Below are positions 1 to 9,780 of a stretch of 64,000 bases of DNA, piece after piece. The stretch comes from Bacillota bacterium (lineage in GTDB: Bacteria; Bacillota; Sulfobacillia; JAJYWN01; JAJZPE01), in NCBI GenBank assembly GCA_036504675.1, contig DASXUT010000147.1:10545-74544 (forward strand), in the 5' to 3' direction. How positions within the stretch are numbered: position 1 is the stretch's first letter; each line of letters begins with the position of its first letter. The position numbers were made by a program, and so were the translations under genes. A model generated the notes under the pieces. The model was not told the DNA's origin, made no database searches, and saw nothing but the letters and a program-made list of their open reading frames with translations.

Positions 1-101
1 CCGCGCCGAGCCTCGACGGACCTGACGGCCCCGAACCAGGCCGCCCCGGTCAGGGCCAGGAGCCCACCGGCCGAAAGGACGATGTCCTTTAGCTTCAGCA
101 T
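1..101 (-). CDS. partial CDS (N-terminal 33 codons; gene runs off window start): membrane-anchored protein of unknown function (MLKLKDIVLSAGGLLALTGAAWFGAV...)
   Basis: ATG at 101 read on minus strand, G-rich SD-like stretch upstream, hydrophobic helix, GC3-rich, open to window edge. Confidence 0.3.
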   Translation of the reverse strand, partial: MLKLKDIVLSAGGLLALTGAAWFGAVRSVEARR

Positions 102-126
102 GGTAGGGTCCCCCGCATCCGGCTCA

Positions 127-483
127 TCAGATGGTGATGTCGAGCTTTTTCCCCCGCCCCGGTCCCGGCCCGGGGCGCTTCCCGCCTCCGGCGCCGGCTT
201 TGGCCTCGGCCTCGCCCGGCCCGGCTTCGCCCTCGCGGCCGTCCCGGGCCTCGCCCTCCCGACCCTTCCGGCCGCGGGCGTCCGGGTCGACCCGCGAGTC
301 GCGGGCCTGGGGGCTGGCCGTGACCTGCTGCTGCCGGCGTTCCACGCGGTGCTGGAACTGGGTGGCGAACTGGACCTGGCGGCTCTGGGGATCGTTGTCC
401 TGGACCTGTTTGACCTTGGCCACTTCGGTTGATTTCGGAAGGACCGTCTGGATGTCCACCGGTCTCAGCGACAATGCCATCAC
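127..483 (-). CDS. small Q-rich hypothetical protein (118 aa) with R/G/E-rich low-complexity C-terminus, encoded directly downstream of the FapA/DUF342 gene
   Basis: ORF track; strong GC3 bias typical of real genes here; no family recognised (checked mentally against FlgM/FlaG/YjfB, no convincing match). Confidence 0.4.
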   Translation of the reverse strand: MMALSLRPVDIQTVLPKSTEVAKVKQVQDNDPQSRQVQFATQFQHRVERRQQQVTASPQARDSRVDPDARGRKGREGEARDGREGEAGPGEAEAKAGAGGGKRPGPGPGRGKKLDITI

Positions 484-599
484 CTTCCCCGCGGCCGGTC
501 TCGGTCATCCCATCGGCGGCCGGCCCCGCCCCGGTTAGTCCGCCGCCCCGGAGGGCCGGGACCGCCCGACCGACCATGGGGCTGGTTTAAACCCTCGGA

Positions 600-2441
600 T
601 CAGTTGTAGACGCCGATCGCTATCTCGCCGTGTTCGGCGAGGTAAAGACTGCAGCGGACGACCGGATCGGTGACCAGCATGGTCGCATGGCCGATGGTCA
701 CCCGGACGCCCGGGTAGATGACCTCCAGGGCCCGGACCCGACCGCGTTGCCGCTGCTCGAGGGACTTCTCGATCTCGTACTTCCGGTTCTGCAGTTCCTC
801 CCGCCGGCCGGTCAGCTGGAACTGGTTGCGGGTCAGCTTCAACAGGAGGGCTCGCTTGTCGGTGGGTAGCTCGGCCTTCTCCTGCATGTCCTTGAGCATC
901 TTGATGGCCTGCTGGGTGCGGACGAGGTCGGTCTCGGTGTCCTTCAGGACGTTGTGGGTGGCCACCAGCTCCTGGTAGAGGATGGGGTCGACGCCGACTT
1001 CGAGGTCGGTCGAGGTGGCGAAGGTCGAACCAATGACCTTGGCGGCCACCTCCTCGAGGGCCTTGATCGACCCTCCGACGATGAGCCCTTTCTTGCCGCC
1101 GACGACGACCCGGCGGCGGGCGCTGATCGACGAGTGCATGATCGCCTCGCCGGCCTGGACGTCGCCGCCCGCGGTGACCTCGGCGCTCTCGATGAACTTG
1201 ACGCTGACCGTCCCGCCGGCGGTGATCCGCCCCTTGCCGCGGCCCTGGATCCCGCCTTTGACGACGACGTTCCGGCCGGCCTCGATGACCGCGCTGTCGA
1301 CGTGACCCTCGATGGTCACGTCGTTCCCGGACTTGACCGAGAATCCGGCGGCGACGCTCCCTCTGATGACGACACTCCCGACGAAATCGATGTTGCCGGT
1401 GGAGAAGTCGACGTCGCCCTTGACCTCGTAGATCGGGAAGACCGACAACCGCCCGTTCTGGGCCAGGACGACCTGGCCGTTCTGGGTGGCGACCACCTTG
1501 TTGCCGTTCTCGACGAGTTCGGTGTTGGTCCCGGCCAGGATGCTCACGGGTCGCCCCGGCTTGGCCTTGATCGGCTCTCCGGTGATCGTCTGGCCGGCTT
1601 CCCCCTCGGTCGGCGGGAAGCGGGTCGCCAGGACCTGCCCGGTGACCACGTTCTCGACCATGGACAGGTTGTAGAAGTCGACCCGCCCGTCTTCCATCTC
1701 CGCCGGCCGCCCGGCCTGCCTGTCGGCCATGAGGCCGTACTCGATCCGCCCGTTCTCGCCGTTCTTCGGCGGCCGACCCTCGGCGACGATGATCGGCCTC
1801 CGCGGCGAATCGAGGTTGATCGCCTGCTTGACGGCGTCCTCCTTGACCCCGGCCCGGACGCCGGCCTCCGCCAGCAGCCGCATGGCGTCGTCGAAGCTCA
1901 CCTTGCGGCCCCCGCTGGGCGGGTGGATGATCAGCTCGGCCCGCATCTTGTCCCTGGACACGGCGACCTCGGCCTTGCCGTCGACGACCACGTCGGGCTG
2001 TGGCGCGGCGACCCTGACCGACTGCGAGGTCTGGGCCTGGACGGCCTCCTCGACCGCCTTGACGTCGACTCCCCGAATCCTGGCGTCGGCCAGGCCCCGG
2101 GTCACCCCCTCGAGGGTGCACTGGCGGCCGCTCCCGGTGGGCGGGTTGACCACCAGGTGGACCCCGTCCTCACGACTGAGAATGAGCCAGGTGCCGTCCT
2201 TGGAGGAGGGCGCGTCGGCCCCTTCACCGGATTCGTCGACCGGCTTCTTCTTCGCCGTCCGCGGGGTGATCCTCAGGCGGTAGCGACGTTCGGCGTCTTC
2301 GGCGGCCGGGCGTTTCTCGATGACCTCGACCTCGATGTCCTTGGGCCCGATCCCCAGGGCGGCGCAGGCCTTGCTGACGCCGTCCTGAAGAGAGCGGGCA
2401 TCGATCTCCATCGAATCGGGCTTGTCCATGGTGGCAGCCAA
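600..2441 (-). CDS. FapA/DUF342-family protein (flagellar-assembly-associated; repetitive beta-helix segment VKGGIQGRGKGRITAGGTVSVKF... plus coiled-coil C-terminus)
   Basis: 613 aa, architecture and position right after sigma-28 gene as in many Firmicutes flagellar loci. Confidence 0.65.
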   Translation of the reverse strand: MAATMDKPDSMEIDARSLQDGVSKACAALGIGPKDIEVEVIEKRPAAEDAERRYRLRITPRTAKKKPVDESGEGADAPSSKDGTWLILSREDGVHLVVNPPTGSGRQCTLEGVTRGLADARIRGVDVKAVEEAVQAQTSQSVRVAAPQPDVVVDGKAEVAVSRDKMRAELIIHPPSGGRKVSFDDAMRLLAEAGVRAGVKEDAVKQAINLDSPRRPIIVAEGRPPKNGENGRIEYGLMADRQAGRPAEMEDGRVDFYNLSMVENVVTGQVLATRFPPTEGEAGQTITGEPIKAKPGRPVSILAGTNTELVENGNKVVATQNGQVVLAQNGRLSVFPIYEVKGDVDFSTGNIDFVGSVVIRGSVAAGFSVKSGNDVTIEGHVDSAVIEAGRNVVVKGGIQGRGKGRITAGGTVSVKFIESAEVTAGGDVQAGEAIMHSSISARRRVVVGGKKGLIVGGSIKALEEVAAKVIGSTFATSTDLEVGVDPILYQELVATHNVLKDTETDLVRTQQAIKMLKDMQEKAELPTDKRALLLKLTRNQFQLTGRREELQNRKYEIEKSLEQRQRGRVRALEVIYPGVRVTIGHATMLVTDPVVRCSLYLAEHGEIAIGVYN

Positions 2442-2477
2442 CCTTCCCGTCGAGACATGATGGGGCCCGCGCGGCCG

Positions 2478-3263
2478 TCAGGGAACCAAGCGTTGTTTCA
2501 GCCGGCTCAGGCGGCCCCTGAGCCGGAGGATGGCCTTCGAGTGGAGCTGGGAGATGCGGGATTGGGAGAGGTTCATGATCTGGCTGATCTCCTTGGCCGT
2601 CAATCCTTCGTAGTAGTAGAGGGCGGCGACCAGGCGTTCTTTTTCCGGCAGGCGGTCGATGGCCTCGGCCAGGAGGGCCTTCTTCTCCTCGAAGATGACG
2701 AAAGCCACCGGGTCGGGGGAGTTCTCATCGACGATGGTGTCCATCGGCCGGACCAGGCCGTCGCCGGAACCCTCGTTGGGCCATAGGTCGTCCAGGGAGA
2801 GGAGGGAGAGGCTCGAGACCTCGCTCAGGCGGTCTTGGAGGCCACCCAGGCTGATCCCGAGGTGCCCGGCCACTTCCTCGTCGCTGACCGACCGCCCCAG
2901 CCTGGCCTCCAAGTCTCCATAGGCCCGTTCGAGCTCCCTGGCCTTCTGCCGGAGAGAGTGGGGCGCCCAGTCGAAGGCCCGCAGGCCGTCGAGGATGGCC
3001 CCCTTGATTCGGGCGATGGCGTAGGTCTCGAACTTGACCCCGCGCTCGTGGTCGAACTTCTCGATCGCGTCGATCAGCCCGAAGATACCGTAGCTGATGA
3101 GGTCGTCCAGTTCGACGTTGGGCGGCATGCCCATGGCCAACCGGCCGGCGATGTACTTGACCAGCGAGGCATAGTTGAGGATCAGTTCCTCCCTGGCCTT
3201 CAGGTCCTTGCCCTTCTTATAGAGGGTCCAGAGCTTCTCCCGGTCGTCGGCGACGGCTGCCAT
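2478..3263 (-). CDS. fliA: flagellar sigma factor sigma-28 (FliA/SigD/WhiG family)
   Basis: 261 aa; sigma-70 regions 2 and 4 (ETYAIARIKGAILD ... LTAKEISQIMNLSQSRISQLHSKAILRLR); last gene block of fla operon. Confidence 0.9.
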   Translation of the reverse strand: MAAVADDREKLWTLYKKGKDLKAREELILNYASLVKYIAGRLAMGMPPNVELDDLISYGIFGLIDAIEKFDHERGVKFETYAIARIKGAILDGLRAFDWAPHSLRQKARELERAYGDLEARLGRSVSDEEVAGHLGISLGGLQDRLSEVSSLSLLSLDDLWPNEGSGDGLVRPMDTIVDENSPDPVAFVIFEEKKALLAEAIDRLPEKERLVAALYYYEGLTAKEISQIMNLSQSRISQLHSKAILRLRGRLSRLKQRLVP

Positions 3264-3661
3264 CAGCCGGCCACCTCCTTACCCGTTCCAGCGTTGAGCA
3301 TCTCTGCGGCGGAAGTCCCGGGGAGGACGACGTCCAGTCGCCCGCCCTTCTTGCCCTCGGTCCCCCCGTCGGTCCGGCCCGATTGGGCTCCTCCCGGCGG
3401 GGCCTGACCCGAGGGGATCTGACCGGCCTCGCCCTCACCGGCGGCCGCGGCCGCCTTCCGCGGCCGGCCCGGTTCGAGGAGTTCCGGCACCAGGTAGGTG
3501 ACGGCCGAGGCGACGGCCTTGGTGAACAGGGCGAAGAGGACGAAGGCCAGACCGGCCCGGAGGAGCATCTCGTCCTCGGTCGTCCCGGCGCCTCGGGCCA
3601 GGGCGGCCGACAGGAGCGCCGCGACCAACCCACCCAGCAGGGCGATACGGCCGGTGGCCAC
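3263..3661 (-). CDS. hypothetical small membrane protein (132 aa, two predicted TM helices, G/A-rich tail), stop overlaps fliA start by 1 nt
   Basis: ORF track; GC3-rich; TGATG stop/start overlap pattern used repeatedly in this locus. Confidence 0.45.
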   Translation of the reverse strand: MATGRIALLGGLVAALLSAALARGAGTTEDEMLLRAGLAFVLFALFTKAVASAVTYLVPELLEPGRPRKAAAAAGEGEAGQIPSGQAPPGGAQSGRTDGGTEGKKGGRLDVVLPGTSAAEMLNAGTGKEVAG

Positions 3662-4348
3662 TCAGATGAGCCCCCTTCGTCTGAGCCTCCGCTGTTCTTC
3701 GAAGATGAAGCTGATGATGGTGTCCATCTCTCGTTCGTTGACATCGAGGAACTTGACCCCCGTCCAGTGCTCGACGATCCGGCCCTTCTCCTCAGACTTG
3801 ATGATCCGGACGATCTCCCCCATCAGGTTGATCGTCTCCCTCGGCCGGAGCTGGATCTCCATGTCGACCAGGGTGCCCGATTCGAGCTTCTGGTCGATGA
3901 CCAGCATCGACCCACCGCCGGAGAGGTCCCGCGTCCGCCCCCTGAAAACGGTCATGTTCTGCTGGGCCGATAGCTCCGGGTTGGGATCGTTGGGGTGGGC
4001 CAGGATCGTGTAGAGGATCGGGAGACTGGCATCCAACCGCACGTGGGTGCGGCGCTGCATCCGCTGGGTGACCTCGGGCTTGGTGATCACCCAGAGGGCG
4101 ATGACCCCCGATTCGAGCTTCAGAAGCTCAGACTCGAACGAGTAGACCGCCGACTCGCCCGTCCAGTCCACCTTGAGCAGGGTCCCGGCGGGCGCCGCCA
4201 GGGCTACCCCCTGGGTGATCGGGGCGGCGATGACGAAGCCCTCGGCCCGCTCGTCGACGAATTGAGAGCTGTACCTGCCGGCCAGCGTGCCGGCGAGGAC
4301 CTCGACACTCAGTCGCTGATTGACGCTTGGTGCTCGGTCGAAAGCCAC
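3662..4348 (-). CDS. PilZ-domain c-di-GMP receptor, flagellar brake YcgR/MotI(DgrA)-like
   Basis: 228 aa; RxxxR motif (QRRTHVR) and D/NxSxGG motif (DLSGGGS) of PilZ; YcgR-N-like N-terminus; located in fla operon. Confidence 0.8.
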   Translation of the reverse strand: MAFDRAPSVNQRLSVEVLAGTLAGRYSSQFVDERAEGFVIAAPITQGVALAAPAGTLLKVDWTGESAVYSFESELLKLESGVIALWVITKPEVTQRMQRRTHVRLDASLPILYTILAHPNDPNPELSAQQNMTVFRGRTRDLSGGGSMLVIDQKLESGTLVDMEIQLRPRETINLMGEIVRIIKSEEKGRIVEHWTGVKFLDVNEREMDTIISFIFEEQRRLRRRGLI

Positions 4349-4434
4349 CCTCCTGAACCCTCCTTACAGGACGCTTTCTGGTCTGCGGTGTTTCTTGATG
4401 TCTTCGACGCCCTACCGGTCTCGGGGGCCGCTCG

Positions 4435-5334
4435 TCACGACGCCGGGCCGCTCGAGAAGCTGCGGACGAGGCGGCTGAAGAAGCCCTTGATGCCCTTTAC
4501 TTCAGCCGTCGTGGCGACCGGCGCCCCGACGAGCTTGTCGGCCAGTTTCTTAAGGCAGCGGGAGGCCGCCGTCCCCGGGTAGGCGAGGATGAACGGCTGC
4601 TGGCTCTTGACCGCCCGGGTGACGTTGGGGTCCTCCAGGATGTAGCCGAAGACGTCCAGGTTGATCCCGAGGAAACGCTGGCAGACCTTGACCAGCCGGC
4701 TCTTGGCCCCGTGGAACTCCTCCTCGTCGCCGACCCGGTTGACGAGGAGCTTGGGGCGGGCCGCCGGGCTCTTCTTGATGATGGCCTTGATCGTCACGTA
4801 GGCGTCGGTGAGGGCCGTCGGTTCGGGGTTGGTGACCACGATGACCTCGTCGGCGGCGAGGACGAAGGACAGCACGTTCTTGGACAGGCCGGCCCCGGTG
4901 TCGAGGAGGATCACGTCGGCCATCTCCTCCATCGCCTCCAGGCTGGTCAGGAAGCGCGATAGGCGGGGGTTGTTGAGGCTGATGAGCTCCTGGAAGCCGG
5001 ACCCGCCGGCGATCAGCCGGACCCCGGCCGGCCCCTCGACGGCCACTTCGGCGATGGACTTCTCGCCCTTCAGCACCTGGGACAGGGTGAACTGGGGGGT
5101 GACCCCGAGGACCACGTCGGCGTTGGCCAGACCGAGGTCGGTGTCGATGATCAGGACCCGTTTCCCCGCCTGGGAGAGGGCGATGCCGAGGTTGGTGGTG
5201 ACGTTGGTCTTCCCCACCCCACCCTTGCCGCTGGTGACGGCAATGACCCGGGCCCGTTGCAGGCTCCCCCGTTCCTTGGCTTCCTGCTTGATCTTGTCGG
5301 CCAGCAGGCGCAGGCGTTCGGCTTGATCAACCAT
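4435..5334 (-). CDS. flhG: flagellar number regulator FlhG (MinD/ParA-like ATPase, YlxH)
   Basis: deviant Walker A SGKGGVGKT; follows flhF. Confidence 0.85.
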   Translation of the reverse strand: MVDQAERLRLLADKIKQEAKERGSLQRARVIAVTSGKGGVGKTNVTTNLGIALSQAGKRVLIIDTDLGLANADVVLGVTPQFTLSQVLKGEKSIAEVAVEGPAGVRLIAGGSGFQELISLNNPRLSRFLTSLEAMEEMADVILLDTGAGLSKNVLSFVLAADEVIVVTNPEPTALTDAYVTIKAIIKKSPAARPKLLVNRVGDEEEFHGAKSRLVKVCQRFLGINLDVFGYILEDPNVTRAVKSQQPFILAYPGTAASRCLKKLADKLVGAPVATTAEVKGIKGFFSRLVRSFSSGPAS

Positions 5335-6580
5335 TGTCGGACCCCCTCGTCAGGAGCCGGGTCAGCTTGGTCAGGCTGGCGAGTTCGATGTCCTCGGGGA
5401 CGCTCTGTCCGGTGGTGAAGTAGGAGATCCCCTTCTGGGTGGCCGCGGCCAGGTTGAGGACGATCCCGTAGGTCGACGTCTCGTCGAGCTTGGTGAAGAG
5501 GAGCCGGTCGAACCCGGCGTAGCCGTAGTTCTTGACGATGTCCATGGCGTCGCGGTACTTGGTGGTGGCCGAGATGACCAGGTAGGTCTCGTCCGGCCGG
5601 GCGGCCGCCAGGAAGCCCTTGATCTCGGACATCTGCATCACGTTGCGGTGGCTGCGGCCGGCCGTGTCGATCAGGATGAGGTCCCGCTTGGCCTGGCGCA
5701 GGATGGCTTCCTTCAGTTCCTGCGGGGAGAAGACCACTTCCACCGGCACGCCGATGATCTGCCCGTAGGTCTTCAACTGCTCGACGGCGGCGATCCGGTA
5801 GGTGTCGCAAGTGATCAGGGCGACATCCTTCTTCTCCAGGAGGGAGTAGTTGGCGGCCAGCTTGGCGATGGTCGTCGTCTTGCCGACCCCGGTCGGTCCC
5901 AGGAAGGCGCAGATCCGGCGCCCGCCGCGAAGGTCGATGGGACGCGGTTCGCCGACCATCTCCCGGATCAGTTCGGCCAGGCGGGCGTCGAGGTCCCCGG
6001 TGCCGATCTCGCTCGGCGGCGACAGGCGCAGGGCGATCTCGTGGGCCAGTCGCGGGTTGACCTCCTGGGCACAAAGGGTGTCGTGGAGGCCCTTGACCCG
6101 CTCGGGGTAGTCGGGCGCGGCCGCCGGCTGCTCCATCTGGCGGAGCATCGTGGCCAGGATGTCCTTCATCTTGGCCAGTTCGTGCTCGAGGGTCGAGGCA
6201 TCCTCGGCCGGGTCATGCTCGGCCACGGCCAGGCTGCCCACGACGGCGTGAGTCTCGGCCGGAGCGGCGACGGACACGGTCTCCGCCCCGGGAGCTTTCT
6301 TCTTGCGCGGGGCCCGCGGCGTCGAGGACTTCGGCTTGGCCTTCTCGCCGGCCGCCCGGGCCGGCCGGGCCGGCTTCGGTCCCGGCGGGGTCGCCGGTCG
6401 TAGCTCAGGCTCGTCGTCGATGGCCGCGGTGACCTCGACGAAGCCGGGCGAGAAGAGACCCATCAGACCGCCGGGTTTGACCCGCTTGGTCTGGAGGATG
6501 ATCGCCTCCGGGCCCATCTCCCGCTTGACCAGGGCCATCGCTTCGGCAAGGGTGTTGGCCTGATACTTACGGACCTTCAC
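5327..6580 (-). CDS. flhF: flagellar biosynthesis GTPase FlhF (SRP-like)
   Basis: LGPTGVGKTTTIAKLA G1 motif, DTAGR; 417 aa. Confidence 0.85.
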   Translation of the reverse strand: MKVRKYQANTLAEAMALVKREMGPEAIILQTKRVKPGGLMGLFSPGFVEVTAAIDDEPELRPATPPGPKPARPARAAGEKAKPKSSTPRAPRKKKAPGAETVSVAAPAETHAVVGSLAVAEHDPAEDASTLEHELAKMKDILATMLRQMEQPAAAPDYPERVKGLHDTLCAQEVNPRLAHEIALRLSPPSEIGTGDLDARLAELIREMVGEPRPIDLRGGRRICAFLGPTGVGKTTTIAKLAANYSLLEKKDVALITCDTYRIAAVEQLKTYGQIIGVPVEVVFSPQELKEAILRQAKRDLILIDTAGRSHRNVMQMSEIKGFLAAARPDETYLVISATTKYRDAMDIVKNYGYAGFDRLLFTKLDETSTYGIVLNLAAATQKGISYFTTGQSVPEDIELASLTKLTRLLTRGSDNG

Positions 6581-8650
6581 TTAGACGTTCACCGTCCCCA
6601 CGGACTCCACTTCCACCCCGGAGTCCAGTTCGTTGTACGACAGCACGGTCAGCTTCGGGAGGGTCTTCTCGATCAGGCGGCGGAAGTAGAGCCTGACGAT
6701 GGGGGAACAGAGGACTATCGTTTGCCGCCCGAGGGCGGTCAGTTTTTCCAGTTGGGTCCGCAGGGAGGCGTGGATCCGCTGGATCGTCTCGGGGTCGAGG
6801 GCCAGGTAGGTCCCCTGCTCGGTGCGCTGGACCGAGCGGAGGATGGCCTGCTCGAGCTCGGGATCGAGGGTGACGACCTCGGCCCGCCCCTTGTCCAGCC
6901 CGTGCTGGCGGGTGATCGTCCGGTATAGGGCCTGCCGGGCATACTCGGTCAGGAGGTCGGGGTCCTTGGTCGACCTGGCGTGGTCGGCCAGGGCTTCGGC
7001 GATGGACACCAGGTCGCGCACGGAGACTCCCTCGCGGAGCAGGTTTTGGAGGATCTTCTGGACCTCGCCCAGGGTCATCAGGCTCGGGATGAGCTCGTCG
7101 ATGACCGCCGGATGGTGCTGCTTGACCGCCTCGACCAGGGTCTGGACCTCCTGCCGGCCGAGTAGATCGGGGGCGTGGCCGCGGACCACCTCGGTCAGGT
7201 GGGTGGCCAGGACGGAGGCCGGGTCGACGACGGTGTAGCCGAGGACCTCGGCTCGCTCCCGCTGCTCCTCGCTGATCCACAGGGCCGGTAGCCCGAAGGC
7301 CGGCTCTTGGGTATGGAGGCCGTCGATCTCCTCTTCGACGATCCCCGGGTTCATCGCCAGGTACCGCCCGAGGAGCAGTTCTCCCTGGGCCACCTGGACC
7401 CCGCGCAGCTTGATGACGTAGTTGTTGGGGCGGAGCTGCATGTTGTCCATGATCCGGATGGGCGGGACGACCAGCCCCAGTTCCATCGCCATCTGGCGGC
7501 GGATCGCCCCGACCCGCTCGGCCAGGTCACCGTTCTGGGTCGGGTCGGCCAGGGTGATCAGGCCGTAACCGAGCTCAAGCTCGAGCGGATCGATCTGGAG
7601 GAGGCTGAGGACGTTCTCCGGGCGCCGCTCGGTCTCGGCCGCCTCGACCTTGGCCTTGTCCTCGGCCTCCTCGGCGTCGACCTTGATCGCCCGCTGCATG
7701 TAAGCGCCAAGGCCGCCGGTCAGGCCGGCCAGGACGAAGAAGGGGATCTTCGGCAACCCGGGCACCAGGCCCAGGAGGGCCAGGAACCCGCCGGCGATCT
7801 GGAGGACCCGCGGCTGGCTGAGGAGTTGGGCCACCAGGTCCTGGCCCATGGCCCCTTCGGAGGCGGCCCGGGTGACGATCATGCCGGTGGCGGTCGAGAT
7901 GAGGAGGGCCGGGATCTGGGTGATCAGCCCCTCGCCGACGGTCAGCAAGGTGTACTGGCTGAGCGCCTCGTTGATGGTCATCCCCCGCTGGACCATGCCG
8001 ATGATGAAGCCGCCGAGGATGTCGATGACGATGATCAGGATCCCGGCGATGGCGTCGCCGCGGACGAACTTGGACGCGCCGTCCATCGCCCCGTAGAAGT
8101 CGGCCTCCCGCTCGATGGCCTGGCGGCGGGCCCGGGCTTCCTTGTCGTTGATGATTCCGGCGTTGAGGTCGGCGTCGATGCTCATCTGCTTGCCGGGCAT
8201 GGCGTCCAAGGTGAACCTGGCGGCCACCTCGGCGACGCGCTCGGCGCCCTTGGTGATGACGATGAACTGGATGATGACGATGATCATGAAGACGATGAAC
8301 CCGACGACGGGGTTGCCCCCGACGACGAAGTTGCCGAAGGTCCGGATGACCTCCCCGGCATAGCCGTCGAGGAGGACCAGCCGGGCCGAGGTGACGTTGA
8401 GGGACAGCCGGAAGAGGGTCGTCACCAGGAGCAGCGAGGGGAAGATCGAGAACTGCAAGGGCTCGGCCGTGTACATGGTGACCAGGACGATGACCAGGGA
8501 GAAGGTCAGGTTGAACGAGAGGAGCAGGTCCAGGAGGGCCGTCGGCAGGGGAACGACCATCATGACGATCATGGCGATGACCGCCACGGCCACGAAGACG
8601 TCGCTGTACTTGAAGATCCTGGCGGTCAGGGTTCCGCTGCGAACCGGCAT
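6581..8650 (-). CDS. flhA: flagellar export apparatus protein FlhA
   Basis: 689 aa, 8 TM N-domain plus cytoplasmic domain, conserved FHIPEP-like segments. Confidence 0.95.
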   Translation of the reverse strand: MPVRSGTLTARIFKYSDVFVAVAVIAMIVMMVVPLPTALLDLLLSFNLTFSLVIVLVTMYTAEPLQFSIFPSLLLVTTLFRLSLNVTSARLVLLDGYAGEVIRTFGNFVVGGNPVVGFIVFMIIVIIQFIVITKGAERVAEVAARFTLDAMPGKQMSIDADLNAGIINDKEARARRQAIEREADFYGAMDGASKFVRGDAIAGILIIVIDILGGFIIGMVQRGMTINEALSQYTLLTVGEGLITQIPALLISTATGMIVTRAASEGAMGQDLVAQLLSQPRVLQIAGGFLALLGLVPGLPKIPFFVLAGLTGGLGAYMQRAIKVDAEEAEDKAKVEAAETERRPENVLSLLQIDPLELELGYGLITLADPTQNGDLAERVGAIRRQMAMELGLVVPPIRIMDNMQLRPNNYVIKLRGVQVAQGELLLGRYLAMNPGIVEEEIDGLHTQEPAFGLPALWISEEQRERAEVLGYTVVDPASVLATHLTEVVRGHAPDLLGRQEVQTLVEAVKQHHPAVIDELIPSLMTLGEVQKILQNLLREGVSVRDLVSIAEALADHARSTKDPDLLTEYARQALYRTITRQHGLDKGRAEVVTLDPELEQAILRSVQRTEQGTYLALDPETIQRIHASLRTQLEKLTALGRQTIVLCSPIVRLYFRRLIEKTLPKLTVLSYNELDSGVEVESVGTVNV

Positions 8651-8712
8651 CGGGGTTCTCCTTCCGTGGATGACCAGATATCCCTTCCGTGGGCGGGGCG
8701 CGGGGCCGGCGG

Positions 8713-9780
8713 CTAGATCTTTCCCTTGAGCTTATAGACGAAGGCCAGCACCTCGGCGACGGCTTGGTAGAGTTTCTCGGGAATGGACTCGCCGATCTCG
8801 ACCGTCTTGTAGAGGGCCTGGGCCAGTGGCCGATTCTCGACGATGGTGACCTTGGCCGTCTGGGCGATCTCCTTGATCCGGAGGGCGATGTAGCCCTGCC
8901 CTTTGGCCAGCACCACCGGGGCTTTCATCTTCATCGCGTCGTACTTGAGGGCGATGGCGTAGTGAGTCGGGTTGGTCACGACCACGTCGGCCTTGGGCAC
9001 CTGGGCCATCATCCGGCGGCGCATGATCGCCCGCATCCGCTCCTTGATCCGGGCCTTGACCTCCGGCCGTCCCTCGGTCTCCTTGGTCTCCTCGATAATC
9101 TCCTGGCGGGTCATCCGCAGGCCCTGCTCGTATTCCCAGAATTGGTAGAACCAGTCGAGCCCGGCCATCACCAGGAGCATCACCCCGGCCCGGATGGCCG
9201 CCGTGTAGGTGACCGAACCGACCCACTTGATCGACTCGAGCAGTCCCTGGTCAAGCAACCGGGGCAGTTCCCTGGTCTCGCGGAGGACCGTCGAGTAGGT
9301 CACCCAGCCGATGATCCCCATCTTCAGGAGGGTCTTCCCCAACTCGACCCAGGAGCGCCGGGAGAACATCCGGGTGAAACCCTGGATCGGGTTCAGGTGG
9401 GAGAAGTCGGGGGTCAGGCCCCGCCCGTTGAGGAGCAGCCCCACCTGGGCCACGTTGATCCCGACCCCGGTGACGAAGGCCACCGCCAGGACCGGGATGA
9501 CGACGCGGACGGCGGTCAGCCCGGCCGCGGTCAAGAGGTTGCGGATGTCAAGGGGCGTCAGGTCTCCGGCGGGCAACCTGGACAGGCTCTCCCCGAGGTA
9601 GCTCCCGACCGAGCGGCCCATCGCCGGGGCGGCCAGGCGGAGGGCGGCGAAAGTGGCCAGCAGGATGACCGCCGAGCCCAGTTCGACGCTGCGGAAGACC
9701 TGCCCCCGCTCGCGGGCCTGTTGCCGTCGTCTCGGAGTGGCCGGGAAGTTGCGTTCCTGGGCGAACAGCTGGAGGTTCAG
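8713..9780 (-). CDS. flhB: flagellar export switch protein FlhB (N-terminus extended beyond track ORF; probable non-ATG start)
   Basis: track ORF 8713..9621 lacks the conserved FlhB N-terminus; in-frame upstream translation gives LNLQLFAQERNFPATPRRRQQARERGQV (matches B. subtilis FlhB ...LQFFAGEKTEKATPKKR...); no ATG/GTG/TTG before in-frame stop at 9808; CTG at 9778-9780 preceded by AAGGTGGTGA SD. Confidence 0.8.
   Translation of the reverse strand: MNLQLFAQERNFPATPRRRQQARERGQVFRSVELGSAVILLATFAALRLAAPAMGRSVGSYLGESLSRLPAGDLTPLDIRNLLTAAGLTAVRVVIPVLAVAFVTGVGINVAQVGLLLNGRGLTPDFSHLNPIQGFTRMFSRRSWVELGKTLLKMGIIGWVTYSTVLRETRELPRLLDQGLLESIKWVGSVTYTAAIRAGVMLLVMAGLDWFYQFWEYEQGLRMTRQEIIEETKETEGRPEVKARIKERMRAIMRRRMMAQVPKADVVVTNPTHYAIALKYDAMKMKAPVVLAKGQGYIALRIKEIAQTAKVTIVENRPLAQALYKTVEIGESIPEKLYQAVAEVLAFVYKLKGKI

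Noticed and set aside
954-2786. 610-aa plus-strand ORF (and many similar: 535..2121 minus in another frame, 7307..8716, 8689..10200, 10261..11424, 15260..16522, 16428..17753, 17437..18909, 20145..22199, 22718..24052, 32397..35396, 36896..38137, 41359..43317, 43770..45584, 55709..57349, 57618..58622)
   Set aside because: They lie antisense or out of frame to strongly conserved genes (FapA, flhA, flhB, fliR, flgE, fliK, fliI, fliG, nuoL/M, nuoH, MFS, AOR, M29). Their translations are Arg/Gly/Pro/Asp low complexity, as expected for random open frames in about 70% GC DNA.
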